A stretch of DNA of 64,000 bases. Source: Octopus sinensis (lineage: Eukaryota). Each line of letters opens with the position of its first letter. Position 1 is the stretch's first letter. The stretch is from contig NC_043020.1 of the NCBI RefSeq assembly GCF_006345805.1, forward strand, positions 25,978,001 through 26,042,000, given 5' to 3'. Below the pieces are notes generated by a model. It had not been told where the DNA came from. It did not search any database and was given only the letters and a program-made list of their open reading frames with translations. Shown here one piece after another: positions 14,526-28,498 of the stretch. A program made the translations under genes and the position numbers.

Positions 14526-15362
14526 ATGCAAACTCCTCGTTGATCATACTTCTTTTTTCTACCTCATTCTTCATGGATGGACTAACATAAATATATAAGG
14601 ATACCATGCATTCATCACTTCAAGCTAAAACTTATATTCTTTAAATATCATTATTATAGTTGTTATTATTACTATCATTTTTATTATATATGACATAACA
14701 ATCTGAAATGTAATTATAAATTGGTTTATGCAAATTTATATAATTAGAAAATAATATAAATAAAGTGTTAAAATCTGAATGTTAAGTTAGCAAACAATTA
14801 TATAAAAAAGATAATGCAAATGAAGCTAAAATGATAATTTTATAATTTAAGGTTTATTAACACCCTTTATCACAAAAAATTGATAAACACAAAATGAAGA
14901 GCTCAAAAACCATAGAGTTGTCTCCCCTTATTCACAACACAGGAACTGAAGAACTACAATTACTACTACTTCCTGTTTTGCCAACACCCTTAATTAAACT
15001 AAACAACACATGGCTTTAATCCCATTGGATCCTAATACTTCAAGGTAATTTTTTCGTGAACAATCATTAAACTCAAGATACACAAAGACTTTACAATGTA
15101 TCGGAGTACTTATTTTGTAATTTTTGTACATATTTATCATTATTTTTTTGCAAAAAACAATGCAATTTTCTTTTGTCCACTTTCTCACTTTAAAAAAAAA
15201 AATTTACTTTACAATTCTTGAAAAGTCACATTATGACGAAAACCGGTTTGAATTAATATATATGTATATATTTTATCAATTTTTCAAAAACTTTTTCCAT
15301 ACACCCATTTACATTAAAATTTTCTTTCAATTAGCATTCTGCATTTTTACAATTTTTCCTTG

Positions 15363-15442
<80 letters not shown>

Positions 15443-15519
15443 GTATGTATCTAACTTTCTATTTATCTATCAAGTTATATGTATTTCTCTGTGTGTGTAT
15501 ATATATATATAATATATAC

Positions 15520-15530
<11 letters not shown>

Positions 15531-15609
<79 letters not shown>
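15531..15609. repeat. (GATA)n microsatellite
   Basis: Directly visible. Confidence 0.97.
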
Positions 15610-16144
15610 GTATCATGTACTATATGAAACTGAAAGAAAAGTGACAGTGATAGAGAAAGAAAGATGAAAGGAGTCAGAGGAAAAGATGATAATAATAGCA
15701 AGGAAAATGAAACATCTAACGACTGTCGCAATAATTTTGACCAAATGTCACTCGAATCTGCTGACTCACCATCAGGGAAGCAGGCAATATAGAAAGCGGT
15801 ATTGACCTCCTCAAATCCTATAACACAAATTCTCTAGGATCCGTGGAAATCACTCTGTCATTTGCTTTGACAACTAGCCTGTCATGTGCTGCACTATCTA
15901 CATTAGGTATTTATTACAGAGCTTTTTGTGAACATATCTACCTTGTTTGCCTCTTTCTCTATATCTCTGACGATATATTCCTCCATTTTTCTCAATTTTC
16001 AATGTTGGTGCTTCTCAGCCGTTTCTTATGAAAGCCTATATGTTTGTGGAACTTTAGCTGAAATCTTTCTCTGCGCATGCGTTTAAATATCTTTGTATGC
16101 ATCACCGTAAACGTTTGTATATCATATATTGTAATACGTATGTA

Positions 16145-16312
16145 ATTACGTTCTGAGTTCAAATTCCGCCGAGGTCGACTTTGCCTATCATCTTTTCAGG
16201 ATCGATAAATAAAGTACCAGTTTCGCACTGCGGTCGATGTAATCAACTTAATCCCTTTGTCTGTCCTTGTTTGTCCTCTTTATATTTAGCCCCTTGTGGG
16301 TAGTAAAAAAAT
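16145..16312 (+). mobile_element. Family A SINE body unit without a head
   Basis: TACGTTCTGAGTTCAAATTCCGCCGAGGTCGAC...AGCCCCTTGTGGGTAGTAAA. Confidence 0.85.
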
Positions 16313-17834
16313 ATATATTATAATATGTATGTAATATCTGCAGGCGAAATCACATACAAACACGTGTACATACACGCACATGTATATAAATACATACAAA
16401 AATATATATGTCCCTCCTGAACGGGATCTGGTCCACTTTAGGATTACCATTTGTATCATCTGAGTGGACGGAAGCAACATGAAATGAATTGTTTTGCTCA
16501 AAGACATGATACGTCTTCCGGTCCACAAATGGAAACCATAGTCTTAGAATTATGAGTCCATCACCATTAAAAACTGAGCAACGGTCCTCCATTAAGTGCT
16601 GAAATTGGTTTAAAAGTTGGGCTGAGGGCCAGTAATTTCATGGAGAGGGTTAATCGATTACATCGACCCTTATGTTCAACTTGTACTTATTTTATCGATC
16701 TTGAAATCGTGAAAGGTAAAGCTGATCTTCGTGGAATTCGAACCCAGAATATAAAAACGGACGAAACGCCGCCACATCTAAGCATTTTGCCCGGCGTGCT
16801 AAAGATTTTGGCAGCACACCGTCTTAGAGCTTGGATCTAATATTAATCTCAAATTTTGGCACAAGGCCAGCAATTTCAGAGGAAGCGGAGTACTCAATTC
16901 ATGTTCTTTTTATTGCTACCGAAGGTGGAATTTCTACTCAGAACGTAAAGACGGACGAAATAACGCAATGCAGATTGTCCGGCATGGAACCGATTTTGCC
17001 AGCTTGCAGCCTTTCATTGATCTAATACTGCCGGGCCACTATCTATGCTGGCACACTAACGGTTTCATTTTTGCCGGACTAGAAACGAATCATATTTTAT
17101 GAATTGAGGCTGTATGAAGCTACGAAGTTTTGAATTGATATCAGAACACAGAAACCGGCAAGAAATACGTAAATCATATTAATTCCTAGCGACTCAGCAA
17201 ATTTGGCCGTTGAGATAGACACGGACAGACAGGTACACGCACACACACACACACACACACACATATTCATATTTCTGCCCGTACATACATATATCCATAT
17301 AGAGACTCAAATATGTAAATACACATTCTAACGTAATATCTATGTATATGTGAAATAATATGCAGGTTTCTGCTTATTAACAACCAATTTGCTGGCTCCC
17401 TCTTCCCGACAGACACTCTTTCTCTCTCAATTTGTCTCTCTCTCCCTCTCTGTCTATCTATCTCTCTACCTATCTATCTATTTCTCCCTGCCTATGTATG
17501 ATTATATATGCATATATATTACCTATTATAATAACGATGTTGTGTTGTTATGTATTCGAAGTTTATAAATAACATATCGATGCTGCCTCAGATTATACAC
17601 TTTGTGAAAGCAAATATCGTCATACTGGTGTGTACATGGTTATGAATGCAAATATATGTGCATATATATATTCGGATTTATAAAAAATTGTGTATGGTCG
17701 AGAATATATAGTACTTTTAGAAATATATAGACACTTCGTGGTCTTTGCAGTAATGTATTAATATGCATATGGACAACAAACATTTCATACGCATATATAT
17801 ATATATATATATATAATATATATATATATATATG

Positions 17835-17892
<58 letters not shown>

Positions 17893-17905
17893 TACATATA
17901 TATAT

Positions 17906-17950
<45 letters not shown>

Positions 17951-18077
17951 CATTGATGAGTGGTGCCGAGTTACAACTTTGTAAATAATAAGCTAATAAA
18001 ATATCATTATTATTTATTTTTATTATTATTTTATTATTATTATTATTATTATTATTTTTATCATTATTATTATATTA

Positions 18078-18133
<56 letters not shown>

Positions 18134-18515
18134 CATTATCATTTTCGTTAGCATCTTCTTTCAATTATTTCTATTTCTTGCCGAGTGTCTTCCTGACACT
18201 TAGGGCAGAGAAACGTACTGTATACATTGGTAGGTCATTAAAAACAGATTTTTCCTTTACAGAGACATGTGATAGAGAAAAAGAGGAAGATGAGAAAAAG
18301 AAAAAAATAATTTTTTTTCTTTAACCCTCTGATAAATTTGCTGATGCCGAAGATTGTCTCACTTTGGGTAGACTAAATGAAAAAAAAAAGCAGAAAGGGC
18401 CAGATTTGGACTGTATTATGGACTGGCGAGTAATATTTAATCAAATTGGCCCATCGACTGATTCGTTGACAAATTTGTTTGTAGTTGAGCGTAGTAATCA
18501 GAATAGTAAGAATGA

Positions 18516-19300
18516 AGGCGGTGAGCTGGCAGAAACGTTAGCACGTCGGGCGAAATGCTTAGCGGTATTTCGTCTGCTGCTACGTTCTGAGTTCAAATTC
18601 AGCTGAGGTCGACTTTGCCTTTCATTCTTTCGGGGTCGATTAAATAAGTACCAGTTACGCACTGGGGTAGATATAATCGGCTTAATCCGTTTGTCTGTCC
18701 TTGTTTGTCCCCTCTGTGTTTAGCCCCTTGTGGGTAGTAAAGAAATAGGTATTTCGTCTGCCGTTACGTTCTGAGTTCAAATTCCGACGAGGTCGACTTT
18801 GCCTTTCATTCTTTCGGGGTCGATTAAATAAATACCAGTTACGCACTGGGGTCGATATAATCGACTTAATCCATTTATCTGTCCTTGTTTGTCCCCTCTG
18901 TGTTTAGCCCCTTGTGGGTAGTAAAGAAATAGGCATTTCGTCTGCTGCTACGTTCTGAGTTCGAATTCCGCCGAGGTCGACTTTGCCTTTCATCCTTTCG
19001 GGGTCGATTAAATAAGTACCAGTTACTCACTGGGGTCGATGTAATCGACTTAATCCGTTTGTCTGTCCTTGTTTGTCCCCTCTGTGTTTAGCCCCTTGTG
19101 GGTAGTAAAGAAATAGGTATTTCGTCTGTCTTTACGTTTTGAGTTCAAATTCCGCCGATGTCGACTTTACCTTTCATCCTTTCAGGGTCGATTAAATAAG
19201 TACCAGCTACGCACTGGGGTTTGATATAATCGACTTAATCCGTTTGTCTATCATTGTTTGTCCCCTCTATTTTTAGCCCCTTGTGGGTAAAAAACAAATA
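18516..19300 (+). mobile_element. Family A SINE tetramer: one head plus four 184-bp body units
   Basis: Head AGGCGGTGAGCTGGCAG at 18516. GG(T/C)ATTTCGTCTG unit starts at 18564, 18748, 18932 and 19116. Confidence 0.93.
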
Positions 19301-19310
19301 AGTAATAATA

Positions 19311-19507
19311 TCGTTGTCCTTGATTTTTTGAAACGTGACTGTACTGTGAACTCAGACCGAAGTAGTAATGGCGAATGCGACTTTTTGACCAGTTTTTCAT
19401 TGATTACTTTCTGTTAATGGTTTCTTTAATTATTTCGAAGTGTTTCAATTACTCCGTTCGGTCTGTGTTCACAATACAGCCACGTTTCAGAAAATCAAGG
19501 ACAATGG
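19311..19507. mobile_element. MITE-like element with ~60-bp imperfect terminal inverted repeats
   Basis: TCGTTGTCCTTGATTTTTTGAAACGTGACTGTACTGTGAACTCAGACCGAA is complementary to TTCGGTCTGTGTTCACAATACAGCCACGTTTCAGAAAATCAAGGACAATGG. Confidence 0.75.
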
Positions 19508-21352
19508 TACTATTCTTATCTTAAAAAACAAACAAGCAAACAAACATGAAAAAAACACATCAATTTAATTTTGTACCGATCGCTGTCTCTTAAACATAAC
19601 TCCATTTTCAGAAGAAATTTTCTACCTCTTGCTGGAAAGGGTTCAAGAAAATATTAAGTGAAGACTATAAAAATCTTTATTCGTATTTTAAGTCCACACA
19701 GTTTTTTTTCTTTTTTTACATTTTGTGAGGATTTCGGGTTTTCAAGAGAATTTTTCTCTTAAAACTGAGCTTTATTTCTTATCGTTTTTAATTAATTTTT
19801 TCTGTTTTCTGAAGTAGACATAGAAGATAAGTGTGTTCCGCATTGAGTATGACTCTCAGAGGAGTAAGTTATTAAATATATTCATTTCTTAAACAACTCA
19901 GCCAAGCAAGTGAATGTTCACAATAAAAATGGCCAAAGCAATTAAAAGATAACGGACACAATACATTTGTATAATGCAATATTTAGCAAAATAATAAAAG
20001 AGACTGATACATTCAAGTGTTGTTGGTGTGTTTTTTTACGATAATTTTTATGCTTAATTTTTTTATGCTTTATAGGCGCAGGCGTGGCTGTGTGATAAGA
20101 GACTTGCTTCCCAACCACATGATATTGGTTTCACTTCCACTGCTTGGCACCATTGCACTTTGGACAAGGGTATTCTACTATAGCTTTGGGAGGTTAAAGA
20201 CTTGTGATGGGATTTGGTTGACGTAAGCTAAGCTGAAAGAAATCCGTCGTATGTGTGTGTGTGTATGTGTGTGTGTGTGTGGTGTGTGTGTGTGTGTGTG
20301 TGTTTGTAAATTAACATAAAAATTTAAATTTAGATTTTAAATTTAAACTATGCGTGTTGGGTATGTCCCTAGTAGCATACCAACAAAGCATGTTCACAGT
20401 ATATTGTTACCTCGTGTCCTCCACGGTAATTCAGCAATCATCGCTGGATCTACGTTAGGAATTCCTCAGTGCACGAAGAGTCGGAGAAAGTCGTGGCGAA
20501 AGAGTCAGCAGAAGTTCGCCATCACCTTCCGCCGGAGCCGCGTTGATCTTAGGTGTTTCGCTCATAAAAACACACATCGTCCGGTCTAAGATTCGAACCC
20601 GCGATCCCTCGACCGCGAGTCCGCTGCTCTAACGACTAGGCCATGTGCCTCTACAGGGGGTGGGGGAGGGATTTAGGTTTCGGTAAATATAAAAGAGACT
20701 TATAATATTATATTTTTCAGTAGGCAGGATTTTGTGATGAGTGTTTAAGGGTTTGAAAAGAAAAGGAGCTGGGTTATGGAAAAGTAAAATTCTATTATAA
20801 TAAAGCACGTGAAAATCGTACTTAATGAAGGTCACAAAGCAATCTGCTACGGATATGTTACACAATGAGAAAGAAACGGTGTTTTTTAGTCAAAATATAA
20901 CTGAATGTAGAATATACTTTCTAATTGTAACTAAACGACATACAATAGGTATGGATACTCTACGTTGAAGGTTGCTATGGAAATTACTTTGTCAGCATCA
21001 AATATACTTTGCCGAGATTAATGCTAAAATTTATGGAGTGTCTCGTGTATAATATGATGCTGTCGCCGTCATTACTGGCGGTAGAGATGGAGTCTTTGAT
21101 TCCAATTTCATGTTCTATGCTGCTGTACGCGTTAGTGACAATCTCTTTGTAAATTAATGTTTGATCTGTTTGCTTTAATACGTAGATATATACAGACACA
21201 TTCATAATACGAATATATACATACATGCATAAGTACAAATATACATGCATACATATATATACATAGATACTTGTATACAAATATGTATATGTATGTACAT
21301 ATATCTGCATTTATGTACGTATACATATAAATCCATATATATATATACATAT

Positions 21353-21432
<80 letters not shown>

Positions 21433-21629
21433 AATGGATGAATGAATTATCCTTTGTTTACCGTTAACATGGAAATTCAATAAGCAGTTACCAGGGTAGC
21501 AAAAATTCACGCAAGTAACAAGGATGCAGTGACCTATTCAAAGGTAGAAACTCCGGGTTAATGTGCAGTAATCTGTATAGTACAAGTAAATAAATAGAAT
21601 TGAACGCAGTTGCTATTCAAATTCTTTTA

Positions 21630-21712
21630 CTTTCGACATATGTTTCGAAGAGAACATTGGTTTAATTCCAAAGGAATAAACGGTTTAAAATGCAATCTTC
21701 TCATCAGGAAAG
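21630..21712 (-). ncRNA. Solo type I hammerhead ribozyme motif with palindromic stem III
   Basis: Minus strand: CTTTC-CTGATGA-GAAG...CTTC-GAAA-CATATG-TC-GAAAG. Stem I is CTTTC/GAAAG (11 of 13 pairs when extended), stem II opens with G10.1-C11.1, and the triplet is GUC. Predicted cut between 21635 and 21634. Confidence 0.72.
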
Positions 21713-22140
21713 AAAGAGAACCTATCTCAACAAGACATTATAACAATTTTGATGACTGCATAAATGATAAACAGAATGCAATTAAGTATTTAAGAAAAAA
21801 ACGTTAGTAGATTTGACGTCAAAGACAGACCCTAGGAAAAGAAGGGTAAAAGAAATAATAAGTAGAGAACAAATAAAGAGGGATATTTTGGTTGAAAAAA
21901 TGTTCAAAGGCTTAGACGTAGATTTCTCTATTGAAGAAAAGTGCAAGGTGAAGTAATGTTCAAACTATAAAGACTGGTAAAAATTACTTATATGAGCTAA
22001 AGGTATGTTTTTGCCAGTGCTTACATTTGTAAGATCGCTCTATAAGTGTGTTAACAAGGTGATTTTTAGACAAGAGAATATGGAAGAGTTCAGAGTTGCA
22101 AATGGGTTAATCGACCAGAAGAAAATTGTAATTGGGCCCC

Positions 22141-22313
22141 ATCTGCAAGGTCATGTGCTGTTTATCTTGATATGAGATCACCATGTAGCGCACATATGGC
22201 TGTGATGCATGTGCCTAGTGTACCCTTATTAGACGGGTAGTCATGATGGGTATACTGGGTTTCGTATATGTTACCGCCGTGTCACTTCGATGACATGCAC
22301 TGCTCTCTCACTC
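22141..22313 (+). mobile_element. 3' fragment of a non-coding element ending in (AAT)n; homologous to 55465-56010 (-)
   Basis: GTTTATCTTGATATGAGATCA...GCACTGCTCTCTCACTC followed by (AAT)n. Approximately the reverse complement of ~55465-55640. Confidence 0.75.
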
Positions 22314-22350
<37 letters not shown>

Positions 22351-22516
22351 TAACTAAAGGAACAAGACCTGAAATTTGGGCCGAGGGGACTAGTCGATTA
22401 TGCCGGCCCCAGTGATTCACTGGTGCTTAAATTATCGACATCAATTGGAATTTGAACTCAGAATATAAAGTCGGAAGAAATGCTGCTAAGCATTTTAACC
22501 GGTGTGCTAACAATCT

Positions 22517-22601
22517 CGATGAAGAAGAAGAAGAAGAAGAAGAAGAAGAAGAAGAAGAAGAAGAAGAAGAAGAAGAACAACAACAACAACAACAACAACA
22601 A
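22517..22601. repeat. (GAA)n(CAA)n microsatellite
   Basis: Directly visible. Confidence 0.95.
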
Positions 22602-22730
22602 TATTGTCATCAACAAGAACTAAAATAACGACAACCAAAACAATAATATATATAAAATTATATATCTACATACGTTGTACTGCCCCTAGCAACCACTCTC
22701 TTTCTCTGTCCATCAGTCCATCTCTCTGTA

Positions 22731-22777
<47 letters not shown>

Positions 22778-22883
22778 ATGTATACATATGTATCTTTGTG
22801 TGATTACGTGTGAGTATGCACTTATGTGAAAACAAGTTTACAGAACGCAACACATACATACGCACGCACATATAATATTATTA

Positions 22884-22917
<34 letters not shown>

Positions 22918-23337
22918 TTATTATTATTATATTATTATTATTATTATTATCATCATCATTATTATTATGGAATATGTAGGTAGAATGTAGGTAAGTAGGA
23001 AGTTTCGAGCAGACATAATATAACTTCGGACGACGAACGTACATTGACACAACGATATTTTGTTTATAGTCTGCATGTGCCTGTCTGTCTGTGTGTCTTG
23101 GTTGTTACTGAAAAGGACCTCGGGGTCTTCAATTAAAACATTTCTCGAAAGTCTATTTAGACAGATCCAGCTGCTGTCAAAAGCAATTGACTTAAAGCAA
23201 TTCCTTGCAAAAATAAACGTTTCTTTTTTTATATATATTGTATTAAAATACCCCAAACCACAAGCGAATTTTTACATACTTACCTACAAGCATATATTCA
23301 TCCATATGTATGTGTGTATGTGTGTGTGTTTATATGT

Positions 23338-23369
<32 letters not shown>

Positions 23370-23526
23370 CGTGTGTGTCTATTTATCTGCTTAACCGTTT
23401 TCTTTCTTTCTCTCTGTCTCTCTTTTCCCCACATACAAACGCCTACATACGTATACGTACACATGTTTACATGTGTGTATACATGCGGGCTCTTTGGTGT
23501 ATATGTCCCAATAATGTATGTTTAAT

Positions 23527-23574
<48 letters not shown>

Positions 23575-23580
23575 CATGTA

Positions 23581-23633
<53 letters not shown>

Positions 23634-23733
23634 ACATATATATATATATATACATATATATATACATATATATATATACATATATATATACATATATACA
23701 TATATATATAAACATATATATATATATATATGT

Positions 23734-23776
<43 letters not shown>

Positions 23777-23777
23777 T

Positions 23778-23808
<31 letters not shown>

Positions 23809-24866
23809 GAATATAACATAAATATTTGTAAATATGTTAATATATATATATGTGCATATCTTTATAAATATGTATGTATGTATGAATTTACTTATGTATA
23901 TATGTATGTGCGTTTAATTGAACGAATATATCCATATATATGTACATAGCCAGTGAGTTGAAAAGAGAGAGAGAAGAAAGAAAAAAAGGGAGAGGTGGAC
24001 GGATCGAGACAGAGCAACGCAGGGTGGGGCAGAGAACAATTGGGGTTTAAACACTATTACAAAAATATATACAATTATATAAAAATATATTAAAATAATA
24101 TATAAAATATTTAAAATTGCAAAACACTCATTTTCAATACCATAAATATAATATAAAATAAAACTGTTTTTTTTTGTCAATTTTTACACAATTTTATCTA
24201 ACCATGAAAAGAATTATTTTTTTAACTATTCTGTTCTTCTATAATTTTTATTTCATTTTTTAATTTTATTTTATTTTATTTTATTTTATTTTCATATTCA
24301 GTGTTTGAATTTTCTATTTATTATTTTTATTCTATTTTATTTCATAGTTTATTGTCTGCTTTTATCTGAATAAAATCATATTCGTATGGTAGTAAGCGAG
24401 GCATTTATTCGATAAAAATGAAGCTTAGGAAAAGCTTATGGTATATATTTAGAGACTCTTTTACGATTTAAAAACCATAAAACTCTGACATATATTACTT
24501 TGTTATAGCTCATACCCTTGTTACTGTTGTTGTTGCTGTTGTAAGCAGTGGCGTTGGTGTTGGTAGAAGGAGTAGTGTAATTTTCTTTTTTATTATCTGC
24601 TATTATATTTGTTATATTAAAATTATATTTTGCTGTTTTGTTTTAATTTTCTTTATTTTGCTTTTTTGTTTTGATGTTGTTATTGTGGTAATCTTGAGAA
24701 ATTTGTGTTTCATTTTTTTTTCTAAGTCTTTTCTTCTTTAAATGTCTTTCGGCAAAAGATATACATGAAGAAGAACAGCGGAATATGTGTATATATGTGT
24801 TTAGGTTGCGAGTGTGCTCATACATACATAATAAATATATACATACATACGTATATAGATACATAA

Positions 24867-24920
<54 letters not shown>

Positions 24921-25186
24921 ATGTATATATATATATACATACATATATACATATATATATATACATTTATATATGAATATACATCTATAGTACATATATA
25001 TAAATATACATATATATATGTATATATATACACACAGATATATATATGTATATCTGTCGGTGTAGCTATAAATCTTTCCCTATACATCTATCTTCTCGAT
25101 CTAATTATCTGTTGGTATATCTATTGATCTACAATCTCTGACTATATACATATATACACATATACATACACACATACATACACACA

Positions 25187-25232
<46 letters not shown>

Positions 25233-25338
25233 CATATGCACGTATATATAGATATGTATTTATATATATATATGTGTGTGTATGTATGTGTGTGTGCATA
25301 CATGCACACGTGTGTACGTATATATCTGTTTCATATGC

Positions 25339-25344
<6 letters not shown>

Positions 25345-25372
<28 letters not shown>

Positions 25373-26564
25373 TCATACACGTTTTGTATGTATGAATATT
25401 GTGTTTATTTGATTTACTGCTCTTTACGAAACGACATTTCCTGTGAACATGTCGATAGATTACAAACATACTTCATTGTTATAACCAAACAATACACTAC
25501 AATATAAACATTTACGCAATATATTAGGGACATTTTTCTTTGTACACACCTACACACACACACATATATATATATGCAGATTTTTATTTCCATTAAAATC
25601 ATCATCACAACTATTGCCATAATGAGAACAACAACAGAAATAAAAATAATACTGATAATGATGATGACAGTGAGGTGGATGGATGATGATAATAAAAATA
25701 ATCATCATAACATTATCATTATTATTATCATTATTATTATTATAGTGATTATTATTATTATTATTATTATTATTATTGTTGTTGTTGCAGTTGTTGTTGT
25801 TGTTATTATTATTATCATTATTATTATGTTGTTGTTATTATTATCATCATTATTATTATTGTTGTTGTTGTTATTATTATTATTGTTAGTATTATTATTG
25901 TTGTTGTTATTATTATTATTGTTGTTACTATTGTTGTTATTATTATTATTGTTATTATTATTATTGTTATTATTATTATTATTGTTGTTGTTATAGTTGT
26001 TGTTTATATTATTATTATTATTGTTGTTGTTGTGACTGTTGTTATCATTATCGTTTTATTTGTTATTGATAGCGTCAGTGTCATTGCTGCTATTATCATT
26101 AAAATCATCCTCGTTGTAATACTTATCAATATCTTTTTTATTGCCACCATTATCATCGTAATTGCTTTCCTTGTCCTTGCAGCTGTTGTTGTTATTGTTG
26201 TTGTTGCAGTTGTTGTTGTTGTTATTGTTGTTGTTGCTGTTTTGTTTTAGTTGTTGTTGTTGTTCTTGTTCTTGTTGCTCTTCTCCTTCTGCTTCTTTTT
26301 TCTCCTTCCTCTTCTTCTTATCGTTCTTATTCTCTTTCATCATATTTATTTTTAACCCATACACAAGGCTATACACACGCACACCCACGCACTCACAGCT
26401 ACACACATACATACCCACACATACATACACACTCTCTCATACACAGATACGCATACATATGCAGTCAATCATACACATATATGTAGAATGTGTACATATA
26501 TAGATCTACATATAAGTATGATGGCAGACGCCATATCTATCTATCTATTTACATGGTTGTGTGC

Positions 26565-26636
<72 letters not shown>

Positions 26637-27795
26637 TCATACACGTTTTGTATGTATGAATATTGTGTTTATTTGATTTACTGCTCTTTACGAAACGACA
26701 TTCCTGTGAACATGTCGATAGATTACAAACATACTTCATTGTTATAACCAAACAATACACTACAATATAAACATTTACGCAATATATTAGGGACATTTTT
26801 CTTTGTACACACCTACACACACACACATATATATATATGCAGATTTTTATTTCCATTAAAATCATCATCACAACTATTGCCATAATGAGAACAACAACAG
26901 AAATAAAAATAATACTGATAATGATGATGACAGTGAGGTGGATGGATGATGATAATAAAAATAATCATCATAACATTATCATTATTATTATCATTATTAT
27001 TATTATAGTGATTATTATTATTATTATTATTATTATTATTGTTGTTGTTGCAGTTGTTGTTGTTGTTATTATTATTATCATTATTATTATTGTTGTTGTT
27101 ATTATTATCATCATTATTATTATTGTTGTTGTTATTATTATTATTGTTAGTATTATTATTGTTGTTGTTATTATTATTATTGTTGTTACTATTGTTGTTA
27201 TTATTATTATTGTTATTATTATTATTGTTATTATTATTATTATTGTTGTTGTTATAGTTGTTGTTTATATTATTATTATTATTGTTGTTGTTGTGACTGT
27301 TGTTATCATTATCGTTTTATTTGTTATTGATAGCGTCAGTGTCATTGCTGCTATTATCATTAAAATCATCCTCGTTGTAATACTTATCAATATCTTTTTT
27401 ATTGCCACCATTATCATCGTAATTGCTTTCCTTGTCCTTGCAGCTGTTGTTGTTATTGTTGTTGTTGCTGTTTTGTTTTAGTTGTTGTTGTTGTTCTTGT
27501 TCTTGTTGCTCTTCTCCTTCTGCTTCTTTTTTCTCCTTCCTCTTCTTCTTATCGTTCTTATTCTCTTTCATCATATTTATTTTTAACCCATACACAAGGC
27601 TATACACACGCACACCCACGCACTCACAGCTACACACATACATACCCACACATACATACACACTCTCTCATACACAGATACGCATACATATGCAGTCAAT
27701 CATACACATATATGTAGAATGTGTACATATATAGATCTACATATAAGTATGATGGCAGACGCCATATCTATCTATCTATTTACATGGTTGTGTGC

Positions 27796-27850
<55 letters not shown>
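25345..27850 (+). repeat. Near-identical tandem duplication of ~1.26 kb of low-complexity DNA (2 copies)
   Basis: ATTCATACACGTTTTGTATG at 25371 and 26635 (offset 1264). The offset falls to 1231 after a 33-bp deletion in the (GTT)n tract. Confidence 0.93.
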
Positions 27851-27865
<15 letters not shown>

Positions 27866-28345
27866 GCATAGACGTTTGTATGTATGTATATATATATGCG
27901 TGTGTGTGCGTGTGTGTGTATGTATGTATATATGCATATACGCATGTATGTGTGTGTGTATATTGTCACCTGAATTAATCGACTAAATAGCGTCCAGAAT
28001 GATGGAAGTCAAAAGTTGACCTCTTGGGTATTTGAACGCAAAACTTAAAGTACCGCCGAAGTAAACGCCGCAAGCATTTTTGCCTGGAATCTTAACGATT
28101 CTGCCGACTCAACACTTTGATTGTAATGGTTTCTAAGTTTGCAATAGAAAACCACTTTTCGATATGAGTTTTAGTCGATTAGTTCGAACTCAATCTTTGA
28201 ACAGGAACTTCTTTTATCGATTCCGAAATGATAAAAGTTAAAGTTTACCTTGATGGCTTTTGAACTCAAAACATGGAGCAGGTTAAATAACTCTGCATCA
28301 TTTTCTGTCCAGTTTTCTGTTGATTCAACCAAATTTCGGCGTAAC

Positions 28346-28498
28346 TTCGGTATAGGTACCGGAAATACCCGATACATGTAAAAAAAGTGTTTTCTTTTTA
28401 TATATGTCGGGTTAGGGTTAGGGGTGAGAGAAAAGGGTTTCTGTTATCTTCAGAAATGTAAACAAGCCATTTCCGGTACTTACGGTACCTATACCGAA
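28346..28498. mobile_element. MITE-like element with 21-bp terminal inverted repeats and an internal (TTAGGG)2
   Basis: Left TTCGGTATAGGTACCGGAAAT; right ATTTCCGGTAC[TTACGGTAC]CTATACCGAA, with a 9-bp insertion. Confidence 0.65.

Noticed and set aside
14600-15360. AT-rich stretch suspected to be a NUMT
   Set aside because: Trial translation with the invertebrate mitochondrial code gave no recognisable mitochondrial protein.
28411-28423. Interstitial telomere
   Set aside because: Only two TTAGGG units, inside a small TIR element.
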